This document shows, piece after piece, positions 43,335-57,200 of a stretch of 64,000 nt of DNA (positions within the stretch are counted from its first letter, which is position 1; every line of letters starts with the position of its first letter). Made by a program: the position numbers and the translations under genes. Below the pieces are notes generated by a model. It did not search any database, had not been told where the DNA came from, and was given only the letters and a program-made list of their open reading frames with translations. Where the stretch lies: assembly GCA_002269645.1 (NCBI GenBank), contig NIVC01002954.1, forward strand, positions 23,441-87,440. The letters run 5' to 3'. The DNA is from Macrostomum lignano. Taxonomy: Eukaryota.

Positions 43335-46300
43335 ATGTCGCAGGACGTGGGTCACACAGATCGAGATTATTTGACTCCACCCGATGGTGTCGGCGGTCAG
43401 AAAAGTACACGCTGTACTAAGTCCCGCTGCGCTCTGGGCAGCGGCATCGGTTTTGGTTTCGCTCTAATCTGCCTGTCAATCACTGTCGCTGTTGCTTTCC
43501 CTGTTGTGTTCCGCAATCTCATTGCTACAATGCTGCCCATTGCCAATGGTAGCGTCACGTACAGTACATGGGAGTCGCCCAGCGACTCGACGCCAATCTA
43601 CATGCAGTTCTGGCTGTTCAACCTCACCAATGGTGTCGAATTTCTTAACGGGGCCAAGCCGGCAGTTGAACAGATTGGCCCGTTCACCTACGAAGAGCAG
43701 CGTAATAAAGGCAACATAACTGCCTATTCGAACTCTACCATTGCCTATAAAGAATATCGATCCTTTCACTTCCGACCGGACTTGTCCTGCTGTCCAGAGG
43801 AAACCGAACTGTCCATTGCTAACCTGGCTTATTTCACTCTTACCAACATGCTACGCTACAGTTCGTCAGTACTGCAGCTGTTAGCTGATGATTTGTTTAA
43901 ATCGACTCATAATCCACCAGTGATGCACCGGTCAGTTAAAGAGATTCTTTGGGGCTACGATGATCCCACGCTGAAATTTGGTGCAGATATTGCTAAAATT
44001 GTTGGGTATAAGATCAATCCTACAATTGGATTGTTCTATGGAAAAAATGGCAGTGACGATGGAGAGTATCTGATATTCACTGGGCAGGTGAGTTACCTGC
44101 TTTTAGTCTGATTGTTACTATTGTTTGCTTTGAGAATAGCAAGTCAGTTAGAGAAGGCCAGCGTCACTTTTAAAATGGCATCTTAAGTTTAGAAATGGCA
44201 CAGTCAGTTTAGAAAAGATACAATCAGTTTAGAAATGGCACAGTCAGTTTAGAAAAGATACAATCAGTTTAGAAATGGCACAGTCAGTTTAGAAAAGATA
44301 CAATCAGTTTAGAAATGGCACAGTCAGTTTAGAAAAGATACAATCAGTTTAGAAATGGCACAGACACTTTAGAAAAGATACAATCAGTTTAGAAATGGCA
44401 CAGACACTTTAGAAAAGATACAATCAGTTTAGAAATGGCACAGACACTTTAGAAAAGATACAATCAGTTTAGAAATGGCACAGACACTTTAGAAATGGCA
44501 CAATCAGTTTAGAAATGGCACAGACAGTTTAGAAAAGATACAATCAGTTTAGAAATGGCACAGTCAGTTTAGAAATGGCACAGACAGTTTAGAAATGGCA
44601 CAGACAGTTTAGAAATGGCACAGTCAGTTTAGAAATGGCAGTCAGTTTAGAAACGGCACAGTCAGTTTAGAAATGGCACAGTCAGTTTAGAAATGGCACA
44701 GTCAGTTTAGAAACGGCACAGTCAGTTTAGAAATGGCACAGTCAGTTTAGAAATGGCACAGTCAGTTTAGAAATGGCACAGTCAGTTTAGAAACGGCACA
44801 GTCAGTTTAGAAATGGCACAGTCAGTTTAGAAATGGCACGTGTTTTTGCCAAATCTTGCAATATTCGGCTGAAGTGGAAATTGTTATAGAAAGTAAATAA
44901 AAGTTTAATTGCCACTGTCGCATTTAATAGCGTGAGAAAGTTATGTATTATTAACTTTATTTATAAAATTTCACGTTGCGAAGTTGGTTGCCAGATTTGT
45001 GTGTTTATGTTTATTACCAGTTTCGCGCAACCAGTAAATACGGGGTTAGATTGAGGTTAAATTTTTATCGTCACATTTGCAGCAATTGTGCGGTTCAAAG
45101 ATCATTTTTCTTTTATTGATTGCAAAGTATTTGACCCCGTTAGTCTTGTGAACTGGGCTGGAACTGGGCCAGTATTTAGCCATGGTAAATGTAGCTGTTA
45201 TTACAGTTGACATTTGATGGGCATTTCGTCTCTTAGTTTCTGGTCTTTTACTTTCTTTAAGCTTGGAAACTTTACAATAATATGCTGAGGCTTTCAGGAT
45301 CTCATACTGACACTTTCAGAATCTCATACTGACACTTTCAGGATCTCATGCTGACACTTTCAGGATCACATACTGACACTTTCAGAATCTCATACTGACA
45401 CTTTCAGGATCTCATGCTGACACTTTCAGGATCACATACTGACACTTTCAGAATCTCATACTGACAATTTCAGAATCTCATACTGACAATTTCAGAATCT
45501 CATACTGACAATTTCAGAATCTCATGCTGAAAATTTCAGAATCTCATACTGACAATTTCAGGATCCACTTTCAGAATCTCATACTGACACTTTCAGAATC
45601 TCATACTGACACTTTCAGAATCTCATACACTTTCAGAATCTCATACTGACACTTTCAGAATCTCATACACTTTCAGAATCTCATACTGACACTTTCAGAA
45701 TCTCATACTGACACTTTCAGGATCCACTTTCAGAATCTCATACTGACACTTTCAGAATCTCATACACTTTCAGAATCTCATACTGACACTTTCAGAATCT
45801 CATACTGACACTTTCAGAATCTCATACACTTTCAGAATCTCATACAATTTCAGAATCTCATGCTGACAATTTCAGAATCTCATACTGACAATTTCAGAAT
45901 CTCATACTGACACTTTCAGAATTTCATACTGACACTTTCAGAATCTCATACTGACACTTTCAGAATCTCATGCTGGCAATTTCAGAATCTCATACTGACA
46001 ATTTCAGAATCTCATACTGACAATTTCAGAATCTCATGCTGACAATTTCAGAATCTCATGCTGACAATTTCAGAATCTCATACTGACACTTTCAGAATCT
46101 CATACTGACACTTTCAGAATCTCATACTGACACTTTCAGAATCTCATGCTGACAATTTCAGAATCTCATACTGACAATTTCAGAATCTCATACTGACAAT
46201 TTCAGAATCTCATGCTGACAATTTCAGAATCTCATGCTGACAATTTCAGAATCTCATACTGACACTTTCAGGATTTGACATCCAGACTCTCTGAGGATTT

Positions 46301-48520
46301 CATTCTGTCTCTTCCTGACTGCTTTATCCCCTAATAAATTAATGTGCTATTCGTCCCCCCGCCAGTCTGACGTGGGCCACCTGGCCCTGGTGGACCGGTG
46401 GCAGTTCAACACCAGCCTATCCAACTGGGACAGCAAGTCGTCAAACATGCTGAATGGCACCGATGGCACAATGTTCCCTCCGTTTGTTGACCCTAAGAAA
46501 CGGTTGTACATCTACAGCACAGACATCTGTCGGTCTATCTATGTGACCTATGCGGGCCCGACCAGTGTTCGGGGCATCGATCTGCTGCGCTTCACTGCTC
46601 CTGCCGAAGTTTTCTACAATTCAACTCTGAATCCCGAAAATCAGGGATTCTGCGTTGGCGGCATCTGTCTGGACTCAGGGGTGCTGAATTTGACCACTTG
46701 CCAGCCAGGTGAGCTCTTGCTCATTTCTTTTGCCAGTTTCTTATCAACAAATTATTTTTATATTTAAACAGTTGTCACTTGTTTCAAAATGTTTTTTTTT
46801 TCAATTTTAAAGAATGCCACTTATAAGTTACAAAGTGTCACTTAAGTGAAAAAATAGCACTTACAAGTGGCGAAATAGCGCTATGTTGGAAAAGAGGTAT
46901 TTATAAGTGGCAAAATGCCACCTAAAAGTGGCAAAATGGCACATAAAGTGGCAAAGTGGCATCTAAAAGTGGCAAAATGGCACTATGTTCAAAAAGTGAC
47001 ACTTTATTGAAAAAATGGCACTTGAAGGGGCAAAATGGCACTACAAAGTTGCAAAATGGCACTTTAAGTGGCAAAATGGCACCAAAAACTGGAAAAAAGG
47101 CACTTAATGGCAAAATGACACTTAAAGTGGCAAAATGGCACCTAAAAGTGGAAAAAGGCACTTAAAGTGGCAAAATGGCATTTAAAGTGGCAAAATGGCA
47201 CTATATTAAAAAAATGACACTTTATTGAAAAAAAAATGGGACTTGAAGTGACACAATGGCACTTAAAAGTTGCAAAATGGGACTTTAGGTGGCAAAATGG
47301 CATCTAAAAGTGGAAAAAAGGCACTTTAAGTGGCAAAATGGCACTTAAAGTGGCAAAATGGCACTTAAAGTGGCAAAATGGCACTTAAAGTGGCAAAATG
47401 GCACTATGTTCAAAAAAGGACACTTTATTGAAAAAATGGCACTTGAAGGGACAAAATGGCACTACAAAGTTGCAAAATGGCACTTTAAGTGGCAAAATGG
47501 CACCAAAAAGTGTAAAAAGGCACTTAAAGTGGCAAAATGGCACTTAAAGTGGCGAAATGGCACTTAAAGTGGCAAAATGGCACCTAAAATGACAAAATGG
47601 CACTTAAAGTGGCAAAATGGCACCTAAAGTGGCAAAATGGCACCTAAAATGGCAAAATGGCACTTAAAGTGGCAAAATGGCACTATATTGAAAAAATGAC
47701 ACTTTATTGAAAAAATGGGACTTGAAGTGACAAAATAGCACTCAAAAGTTGCAAAATGGCACTTTAAGTGGTAAAATGGCACTTAAAATGGCAAAATAGC
47801 ACCTAAAAGCGGCAAAATGGCACTTAAAGTGGCAAAATGGCACCTAAAGTGGCAAAATGGCACGTTATTGAAAAAATGGCACTATGAAAAATGGCACATG
47901 AAAGTTTCAAAATGGCAGTTTATTGATAAAATAGCCCTGAAACGTTGCAAACAGACGTTTATAGAAAAAAGGCATTGGAAAAGTTGAGCAATGGCACTAA
48001 TTTTCATTATCAGTAGTTTAAAAATGCTCAGTTGCTCCCCCCTCTGTCAGGCGTGCCAGCCCTGGCCTCACAGCCGCACTTCTACCAGGCTGCTCAGCAC
48101 TACATCGACTCAGTGATTGGTCTGCAGCCATCGCCAGACTGCGCCACTGTGCTGGATGTTGAGCCCAACACCGGCTTAGTGATGCGAGCGGCAAAGAAAT
48201 TGCAGATTAACCTTGCCCTGGTCACTGGGCCAGGGTTTCACATGTCAAAGTCCATGAAACCGGTGTTCATGCCGATCATGTGGGTGAACGAGTCGGCCAC
48301 TATTGGTTCAGATTCCGCCGATCAGTTTCGCGGCAGTGTACTTCTAGCTGTGAAGGCCGCTGCTGCAGTTCAATGGGGCTCGCTGGCTGTGGGTCTGGTC
48401 TGCTTTCTGGCCTGCCTGTCAGCCTGCGCGTGCCAGCGAGCTCGTCGGAACCGGCAGAACTTCAATAGCGACACTCGGCCGGATATTAACGATGTGTCTG
48501 TGCAGGGATTGAATATTTGA
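43335..48520 (+). CDS. CD36/SCARB (LIMP-2/SR-B-like) scavenger receptor paralog 1, 3 exons, ~521 aa
   Basis: Exons 43335-44087, 46366-46708, 48051-48520 (1566 nt, phases match). N-terminal TM, FWLFNLTN, EQIGPFTY, GTDGTMFPP, DICRS, SQPHFY, VEPNTG, PIMWVNES, C-terminal TM. Confidence 0.92.
44175..44840. repeat. 20-bp minisatellite (CAGTCAGTTTAGAAATGGCA)
   Basis: CD36-1 intron 1. Confidence 0.95.
45295..46272. repeat. ~23-bp minisatellite (TTTCAGAATCTCATACTGACAC)
   Basis: CD36-1 intron 1. Confidence 0.95.
46830..47900. repeat. ~20-bp degenerate minisatellite (AAAGTGGCAAAATGGCACTT)
   Basis: CD36-1 intron 2. Confidence 0.92.
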
Positions 48521-48769
48521 TTTTTTTATATTAACAACTATATTTTTCTGTTAATAAATTGCCAATTCTGATTCTGTGTGTTTCTCTATTTGTGAGCTTA
48601 TCATTTTGTTTAATCGAAACCACTTCTGAGCACTTCCGAGAGAAAATAACAGGACAACTTTCTAATCATAGATGTGTGGTCTGCTAACTCCGGCCCACGA
48701 AACCTCTCTATCCGGCCATCGGGTCCTGAAAGGCTTCACAAGAGCAATCTGGCGCGCTCAAGGTTTGTG

Positions 48770-49265
48770 TCTCTTCTCTGCTCTCCCTCCTCTGCTCTCC
48801 TCTCTTCTGTCTCTCTCCTCTGCTCTCCTCTCTTGTCTCTCTCCTCTGCTCTCCTCTCTTGTCTCTCTCCTCTGCTCTCCTCTCTTGTCTCTCTCCTCTG
48901 CTCTGCTCTCTTCTGTCTCCCTCCTCTGCTCTCCTCTCTTGTCTCTCTCCTCTGCTCTCCTCTCTTGTCTCTCTCCTCTGCTCTGCTCTCTTCTGTCTCC
49001 CTCCTCTGCTCTCCTCTCTTGTCTCTCTCCTCTGCTCTCCTCTCTTGTCTCTCTCCTCTGCTCTGCTCTCTTCTGTCTCCCTCCTCTGCTCTCCTCTCTT
49101 GTCTCTCTCCTCTGCTCTCCTCTCTTGTCTCTCTCCTCTGCTCTGCTCTCTTCTGTCTCCCTCCTCTGCTCTCCTCTCTTGTCTCTCTCCTCTGCTCTCC
49201 TCTCTTGTCTCTCTCCTCTGCTCTGCTCTCTTCTGCCTCCCTCCTCTGCTCTCCTCTCTTCTCTC
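48770..49265. repeat. CT-rich compound repeat
   Basis: CTCTCCTCTGCT/CTCTTGTCT units with a higher-order period. Confidence 0.92.
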
Positions 49266-49799
49266 CCCTTTTCTCTCTTATCTCTTCGCTGATACCATAT
49301 CTCGCCTCTCCTCTCTCATCTCTCATCTTATTCTCTTATTTTCTTGACTTCCCTTTCTCATCTGGCCTGCAGACGTGAGTTGAATCATAGGTGAGGCTGG
49401 GCAACTGAGGATAGAAGGACTATGCTCTAGAGAAAGGCATAGAGCTGAATGAGGTTTGGCCATAGACAAGAGTCCGGTAAGTCCCCAAATGATAACTGTT
49501 TTTGTTCTTCATAGAGTTGCTTATATTAAACAATAAAAATTCAATATTTTGTATTCCCTAAAGCTCATTATGCTTATATCGTAAATTCAATAAATTTAAC
49601 AGGATTCTTTTCTACTTTTCATACAAAGCACAATAAGAGCTTTTCGATCTAAAATCTAATTGGATTAACTTATTTTTATATACAAATATATCAATATAAT
49701 TTTGTTTATCTATTAAACAAGTTCCGAATCTATGCATATTGATTAAATAATTTGTCAGCCAGCTGTCTTTTACTGGTCTCTTGGAATCCATCATTTAAC

Positions 49800-50690
49800 T
49801 AGGGACCTCTAAAACCAGGGAACTCTGAAACCAGGGACCTCTAAAACCAGAGACCTTTGAAACCAGGGAACTCTGAAACCAGGGACCTCTAAAACCAGGG
49901 AACTCTGAAACCAGGGACCTCTAAAACCAGGGAACTCTGAAACCAGGGACCTCTAAAACCAGGGAACTCTGAAACCAGGGACCTCTAAAACCAGGGAACT
50001 CTGAAACCAGGGACCTCTAAAACCAGAGACCTCTGAAACCAGGGACCAATGAAACAAGAGACCTCTAAAACCAGAGACCTTTGAAACCAGGGAACTCTGA
50101 AACCAGGGAACTCTGAAACCAGCGACCTTTGAAACCAGGGAACTCTGAAACAAGAGACCTCTGAAACCAGGGACCAATGAAACCAGGGAACTCTGAAACC
50201 AGCGACCTTTGAAACCAGGGAACTCTGAAACAAGAGACCAATGAAACAAGAGACCCCTAAAACCAGAGACCTTTGAAACCAGGGAACTCTGAAACCAGGG
50301 AACTCTGAAACCAGCGACCTTTGAAACCAGGGAACTCTGAAACAAGGGACCAATGAAACAAGAGACCTCTAAAACCAGAGACCTTTGAAACCAGGGAACT
50401 CTGAAACCAGAGACCTCTAAAACCAGAGACCTTTGAAACCAGGGAACTCTGAAACCAGAGACCTCTAAAACCAGAGACCTTTGAAACCAGGGAACTCTGA
50501 AACCAGGGACCTCTAAAACCAGGGACCTCTGAAACCAGGGACCAATGAAACCAGGGACCTCTAAAACCAGGGACCTCTGAAACCAGGGACCAATGAAACC
50601 AGGGACCTCTAAAACCAGGGACCTCTGAAACTAAGGACCAATGAAATCGGGGACCTCTGAAAATAGGGACCTCTCAAACCAGGGACCAGG
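49800..50690. repeat. 16-bp minisatellite (AAACCAGGGAACTCTG/AAACCAGGGACCTCTA)
   Basis: Tandem copies. The reverse complement resembles 15117-15820. Confidence 0.95.
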
Positions 50691-50974
50691 GAAAGCAGGC
50701 TATAGCTGTTTTCGATCTACACTGAAGGTCGAACAAAAAAATTTGCCATCATTACAAACACTGTCTAAGTCAGTCTCTACTGTAGTTACTAGCGCACACT
50801 TTTAGTAAACAGGAATTGAAAACAAACTCGGAAATGAAGGCATTCATTTCTATAGATAAAAGCATTGATGAGTACACTGAAGTAAAGTCAATCCATTGCG
50901 GAAGATCAAGAGCCAACATTTTATTGATTACAGTCGGGACTTAATTGTTTAACTGCGCGGATTTTATGGTGCCT

Positions 50975-51745
50975 TGGCACTAATTCTGGCGCCTCATCTC
51001 TCATTCTGGCGCCTCGTTTCATTTTGGCGCCTCGTTTCATTTTGGCGCCTCATTCCTCATTTTGGCGCCTCGTTTCATTTTGGCGCCTCGTTTCATTTTG
51101 GCGCCTCATTCCTCATTTTGGCGCCTTATCACTGATTTTGGCGCCTCATCTCTCATTTTGGCGTCATTTTGGCGCCTCATCTCTTATTTTGGCGTCTTTT
51201 TGGCGCCTCATCTCTTATTTTGGCCCCTTATTACTGATATTGACACCTCATCTCTCATTTTGTAGCCTCAACCTCATTTTGGCGCCTCATACCTCAATTT
51301 GGCGCCTCATCCCTCATATTGGCGCCTCATCCCTCATTTTGGCGCCTCATCTCTCATTTTGGCGCCTTATCACTGATTTTGGCGCCTCATCTCTCATTTT
51401 GGCGTCATTTTGGCGCCTCATCTCTCATTTTGGCATCATTTTGGCGCCTCATCTCTTATTTTGGCCCCTTATTACTGATATTGGCACCTAAATCTCTCAT
51501 TTTGTAGCCTCAACCTCATTTTGGCGCCTCATACCTCAATTTGGCGCCTCATCTCTCATTTTGGCGCTTATCACTGATTTTGGCGCCTCATCTCTCATTT
51601 TGGCGCTTATCACTGATTTTGGCGGCTCATCTCTCATTTTGGCGTCATTTTGGCGCCTCATCTCTTAATTTGGCCCCTTATTACTGATATTGGCACCTCA
51701 TCTCTCATTTTGTAGCCTCAACCTCATTTTGGCGCCTCATCTCTC
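50975..51745. repeat. ~20-bp minisatellite (TTTTGGCGCCTCATCTCTCA)
   Basis: Degenerate tandem copies with a ~240-bp higher-order duplication. Confidence 0.92.
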
Positions 51746-52314
51746 ATTTTTGTTCCTCACTCCATGCCAGGTACAAGTAGAAAGGTTTTCGAATTCTTTT
51801 TCTTCTAGGAGACAGGCAAAGGCAAAAAATTAGTCATCCATGCCACAATGAGCAATGAGCAGTTATATGGCGCCTCGCAAGGCCATTTGCTCGACAGGGG
51901 GTGTGCATGGAACGCCTCTGTTTACTCTCAGGGTGTACATTCAATAAAGACCAAACCTGAAGAAACCCCCCCGAGTCCGAGGTGGCGCGTGCGAGGACCT
52001 CCGAACTCAGTTCTCGTTCGCACAGCTGCGAATTTCTCTGCTCCACTTTGCTTTAAGATTATTTAAGCTCAAGTGCCGGGACTTCTAGCAATAAATATCT
52101 GGAGTGGAAACACTAATTTGAAACTAGCATCTTAGAGTTTTTTTCGGCATTAAATTGACAACGAAATTGAATGGAAAATTGAAAAATCTTGCGGACCTTC
52201 ATCAATCATGAACATAATACGATCTGAATTGAATATTGATAAATACTATTCTTCAGTGCGATTCGTAGCATTTTGATAAAAAAAAGAATTTTATAAACTT
52301 GTTTAAAGCAACTT

Positions 52315-52980
52315 TGAGACAGACATTAAGAGAGACACCTAAATATTAAGACAGACAACAAGACATTAAGACAGACAACAAGACATTAAGACAGGCAACA
52401 AGACATTAAGACAGGCACCAGGACATTAGGCAAGCAACAAGACATTAAGACAGACACCAAGACATTAAGACAGGCAACAAGACATTAAGACAGACAACAA
52501 GACATTAAGACAGACAACGAGACATTAAGACAGGCAACGAGACATTAAGACAGACAACAAGACATTAAGACAGACACCAAGACATTAAGACAGGCAACGA
52601 GACATTAAGACAGACAACAAGACATTAAGACAGACACCAAGACATTAAGACAGACAACAAGACATTAAGACAGACACCAAGACATTAAGACAGACAACGA
52701 GACATTAAGACAGACACCAAGACATTAAGACAGACAACAAGACATTAAGACAGACAACAAGACATTAAGACAGGCAACAAGACATTAAGACAGACAACAA
52801 GACATTAAGACAGACAACAAGACATTAAGACAGACACCAAGACATTAAGACAGACAACAAGACATTAAGACAGTCACCAAGACATTAAGACAGACAACAA
52901 GACATTAAGGCAGGCAACAAGACATTAAGACAGACACCAAGACATTAAGACAGACACCAAGACATTAAGACAGACACTAA
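52315..52980. repeat. 20-bp minisatellite (GACATTAAGACAGACAACAA)
   Basis: Tandem copies. Confidence 0.95.
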
Positions 52981-53218
52981 GAGACTTCGTCCTGCTTTGC
53001 TAATCAAGAAATTTCCAATCCAGATATCAACTTGATTCGCACTACACGGCTTACGTGGAGGCACAGCGGCAGTGCTATTAATGTCAGACCATTATTCATC
53101 GGGTTTGAAAAGCTGGCCTATAAGGTGAGGTCCTTTCATGATATATTTTACAGCAATATAACGAACAGCAAGACAGAAGAAACAGAAGCTGATTTAACGA
53201 AAGACAAGCAAAATAAAA

Positions 53219-53749
53219 ATGTCTCGAAAAGAAGCAGAAGACTCTCCTTCTCCTAGCGGTTCCTCCGCTTCTTCAACGATCAAATGGCGAGTGGCCTCCG
53301 GTCTTCTGGGGGTCGGCGCCGTGCTGTGCCTCGCAGCGGGACTGGCCCTCCCTCACCTGGCCAGGGGCATGTTCTCTGACAAGCTCGCCAAGCTGCTGCC
53401 GATCTCTGCTGACAGCCCGACCTACAGCTCCTGGGTGTCTAGCGAACTGAGGTTCCAGGTCTGGCTGTGGAATATCACTAATTCGTGGGCTGTGATGCAG
53501 GTGAGTCATGCCGTTTGACTTGTAGCGAGTGAATTAGAACGCAGTGGAATTATTATGTGGAAGCAAGATAGAAAGGTTGTAACTCTCGGCTCGGCTTGGC
53601 TAGCCTCGGCTTTATTTGATTGAGACAGTAACGAGAAATAGAGTATTGTCTATGGTCAATAGGGTTGTAGCTGATTAATGCTACAAGATTAAATTGCAGT
53701 TTTCACATGATTTATAAAAATCGTTGTATGCGAGTTGTCAAACGGTCAA

Positions 53750-53814
<65 letters not shown>

Positions 53815-53815
53815 C

Positions 53816-53902
<87 letters not shown>

Positions 53903-54005
53903 CTAAGACAGACAGACAGACAGACAGACACACAGACAGACAGACAGGCAGAAAGACAGACAGACAGACAGACAGACACACAGACAGACAGAAAGACAGA
54001 CAGAC

Positions 54006-54080
<75 letters not shown>

Positions 54081-54081
54081 A

Positions 54082-54120
<39 letters not shown>

Positions 54121-54129
54121 AAGACAGAC

Positions 54130-54213
<84 letters not shown>

Positions 54214-57200
54214 CGACAGATAGACAGAAAGACAGACGTTTTACCTCCTAAATTGATTGGAACTTATTTCTATCAACAGGAAGGCGCAAAGCCCAGTCTC
54301 GAACAGGTGGGCCCGTTCACCTTTGCCGAGACTCGAACCCGGGACGGCGTGAAATTCTACGAAAATGCCACAGTTAGCTACGACGATGTTCGGGCATACT
54401 ACTTCCTGTCCGAGGAGTCAGTAGGCAGCATGCACGACTTTGTCATTACAAATGTGAACCTGCCCTACCTGACCATTGCCTTGAAAATGAGAGGCAAGTC
54501 TGTGTTCTACAGAAATATCATGCAGAACTTCTTCGCACAGCACGGCGGAGGCATACTGTCTAATAGGACAGCTCACGAACTGCTGCTGGGATATGAGGAT
54601 CCCGCGTTAAAAAAGGTTAGTTGATAATAATAACGCTCTGATAACCATACTTGTAGTAGTATAGTGACAGCTATTTAAATTCAGGTACATCTTCATTTAC
54701 GGTATGGCCAGTTAATTATGCAATTTTTTTATGAATCTTCTTCAATTTAGGTAGCATAAAATGATTCAGTGAGAGAGCCCCCCAATTAGGCTGGCATAAT
54801 TACACCAATTATAGTTCAGGTGAGAGAGCCTCTCAATCACAGTCCCTAATTACCTTCAATCTCAGATGCGAGGAATCCTTCGCAAACTCGGCCAGAAAGT
54901 GCCGGAGAAGTTTGGCCTGCTGGTCGGCAAGAACAACTCGGCCAAGGGCACCGCTCTGGTTGGCACAGGGTCGGCCAGCCTCGCCGACCTCAGCCAGGTG
55001 CAGCGCTGGAACGGCCAATCCAAGCTGGAGGTCTGGCCGGGTGACTTCGGCAACCGACTAACCGGCAGCAGCGACGGCTCGATGTTCCCTCCGCCTGTGT
55101 CGGCCGGCAGCTCCCTGAAGGTGTTCACCCCAGACCTGTGCCGCAGCGCCGACCTCAGCTACTCTGGCGACGACAGAGTTCGAGAGATTCCCGTGCTCCG
55201 ATTTCAGGTCGCCAAATCCTCCATGATGAACGCATCCGCCAATCCCGACAATGCCGCATTTTGCACTCCGCGCTGTCTGGACAGCGGGGTGCTCAACCTG
55301 ACCCTCTGCCTGCCCGGCAACCCGCCAATTGTAGCCTCGGCGCCGCACTTTCACGGCGCGCCAACCTACAGGGCGGCGGTCAGCCTTCAGCCTGCGGCAC
55401 CGGCCGATGGGGAGCCACCGTTTGAGTTCAACACCCGACTGGAGGTGGAGCCCAATACGGGTCTGCTGCTGCGGGCTGCCAGGAGAATGCAGGTGCAAAC
55501 TTTTATGACACCTAAAATTGTGTGTATGGGATAACCAGATCTCATTGCGCATGAAGCCCCAACTTCCATAAACCTAACAACAGCTCTCATTGGCCAGCCC
55601 GACCCTCCTTAACCCTGTCCCAGCTCTCGTTGACTTGCCCGACACTCCCTGACCATTTTCCCGGCTCTCATTGGCTAACCCGACCCTCCCCAACCCTGCC
55701 CCGGCTCTCATTGGCCAGCCTGTCTCTCCCCAACCCTGCCTAAGCTCTCATTGGCCAGCCTGTCCCTTCCCTAACCCTTACCCCGGCTCTCATTGGCCAG
55801 TCCGACCTCTCTAACCCTACCCCGGCTCTCATTGGCCAGCCTGTCATTTCCCTAACCCTGTCCCGACTCTCACTGGCAAGCCTGTCCCTCCCCAACACTA
55901 CCCCGGCTAGTCCGACCCTTTTTAACCACACAAATAAATCCATATACGAGTATTGAGGTATTGTATTTTAGAGTATAAATAGCCTAAAGCCTGCTCCGGA
56001 AAATTTGCAGTTTTCCCATATAACTTTCGACGCTGACTTGGCAGTATTGTAGGAGTTCACTTACAACATACAGACAAACATCGCGTCGGTTTTAGTATAT
56101 TGAGATTGTATTGCCAATAGTTTAGGAAGATATCAATGTAAATATTCAAAAAATATAATCTAGCCAGCTAAATTAATTTTCTTATCTTTATTAGCTGTTA
56201 GTAGATACGAACCAAGTCAAAAATGAGTAAAAAGCAAAAAACTATATTCTGCAGCGATCAACGCACTTATAAAAAATCTGACATTTTATGACTACAAAAC
56301 ACGCATAAAGATGGTCTACAAAGCTGGCATAATAACACGCGCCTTTCAGTGAAACAGATCAGAAATCGCTACGAGCGTACATGCTCAATTTAAGTTAACA
56401 ATACCGCCTGCATCCTCGAAGTTGTTGTGCACCCAAACAAGGTCATCTCCCTGATACCCTGTGTGGCTGATGTTGATCAACTTCGTCAGATTGTTCATGC
56501 TCCTCGGGCTGTAGCGCCTCTCAGCGAAGAAGCTGATCATGAACTGGCGCTCCTCCTCGCTCATGTGCTTCCTCAGCCACTCCATGTGCACCACGGGAAT
56601 CGTGAAGGTGTCGAACAGCTTCTGCGCGCTCTTGAAGAACTCGCCTTCGCCTCCTTCGATGTCGACCTTCAACACGACCAGCTTGGTGTCGATGAGCGGC
56701 ACGATGGAGTCCGCGGTGGCCGACATCACCGGGATCGTGTCGACGACGGCTCTGCCGAACTTGGTGGCGCCGCCGATGTTGCAGTCCTTCGGGAAGTTCA
56801 GGTACATGAGCGACACCTGTCTGCTGACGAAGTTCCACAGCAGATGCAGCTTGTGAGGCGAATTGGCCTCCTCGGCTGACAGCTTGATTCGAATCAGGTT
56901 GCGGATGTTCGCGTCCAGCGCGATGACGGGCACTCCAGCCTGTCCCTCCTTAACCCTGCCCGGCTCTCATTGGCCAGCCTGTCCCTTCCTAACCCTGTCC
57001 CGTCTCTCATTGGCCAGCCTGTCCTTCCCTAACCCTGTCCCGTCTCTCATTGGCCAGCCTGTCCCTCCCTAACCCTGCCGGCCAGCCTGTCCCTCCTCAA
57101 CACTGCCCTGGCTCTCATTGGCCAGTCCGACTCTCCCTTACCCTGCCCGGCTCTCATTGGCCAGCCTGTCCCTCCCTAACCCTGCCCCAGCTCTCATTGG

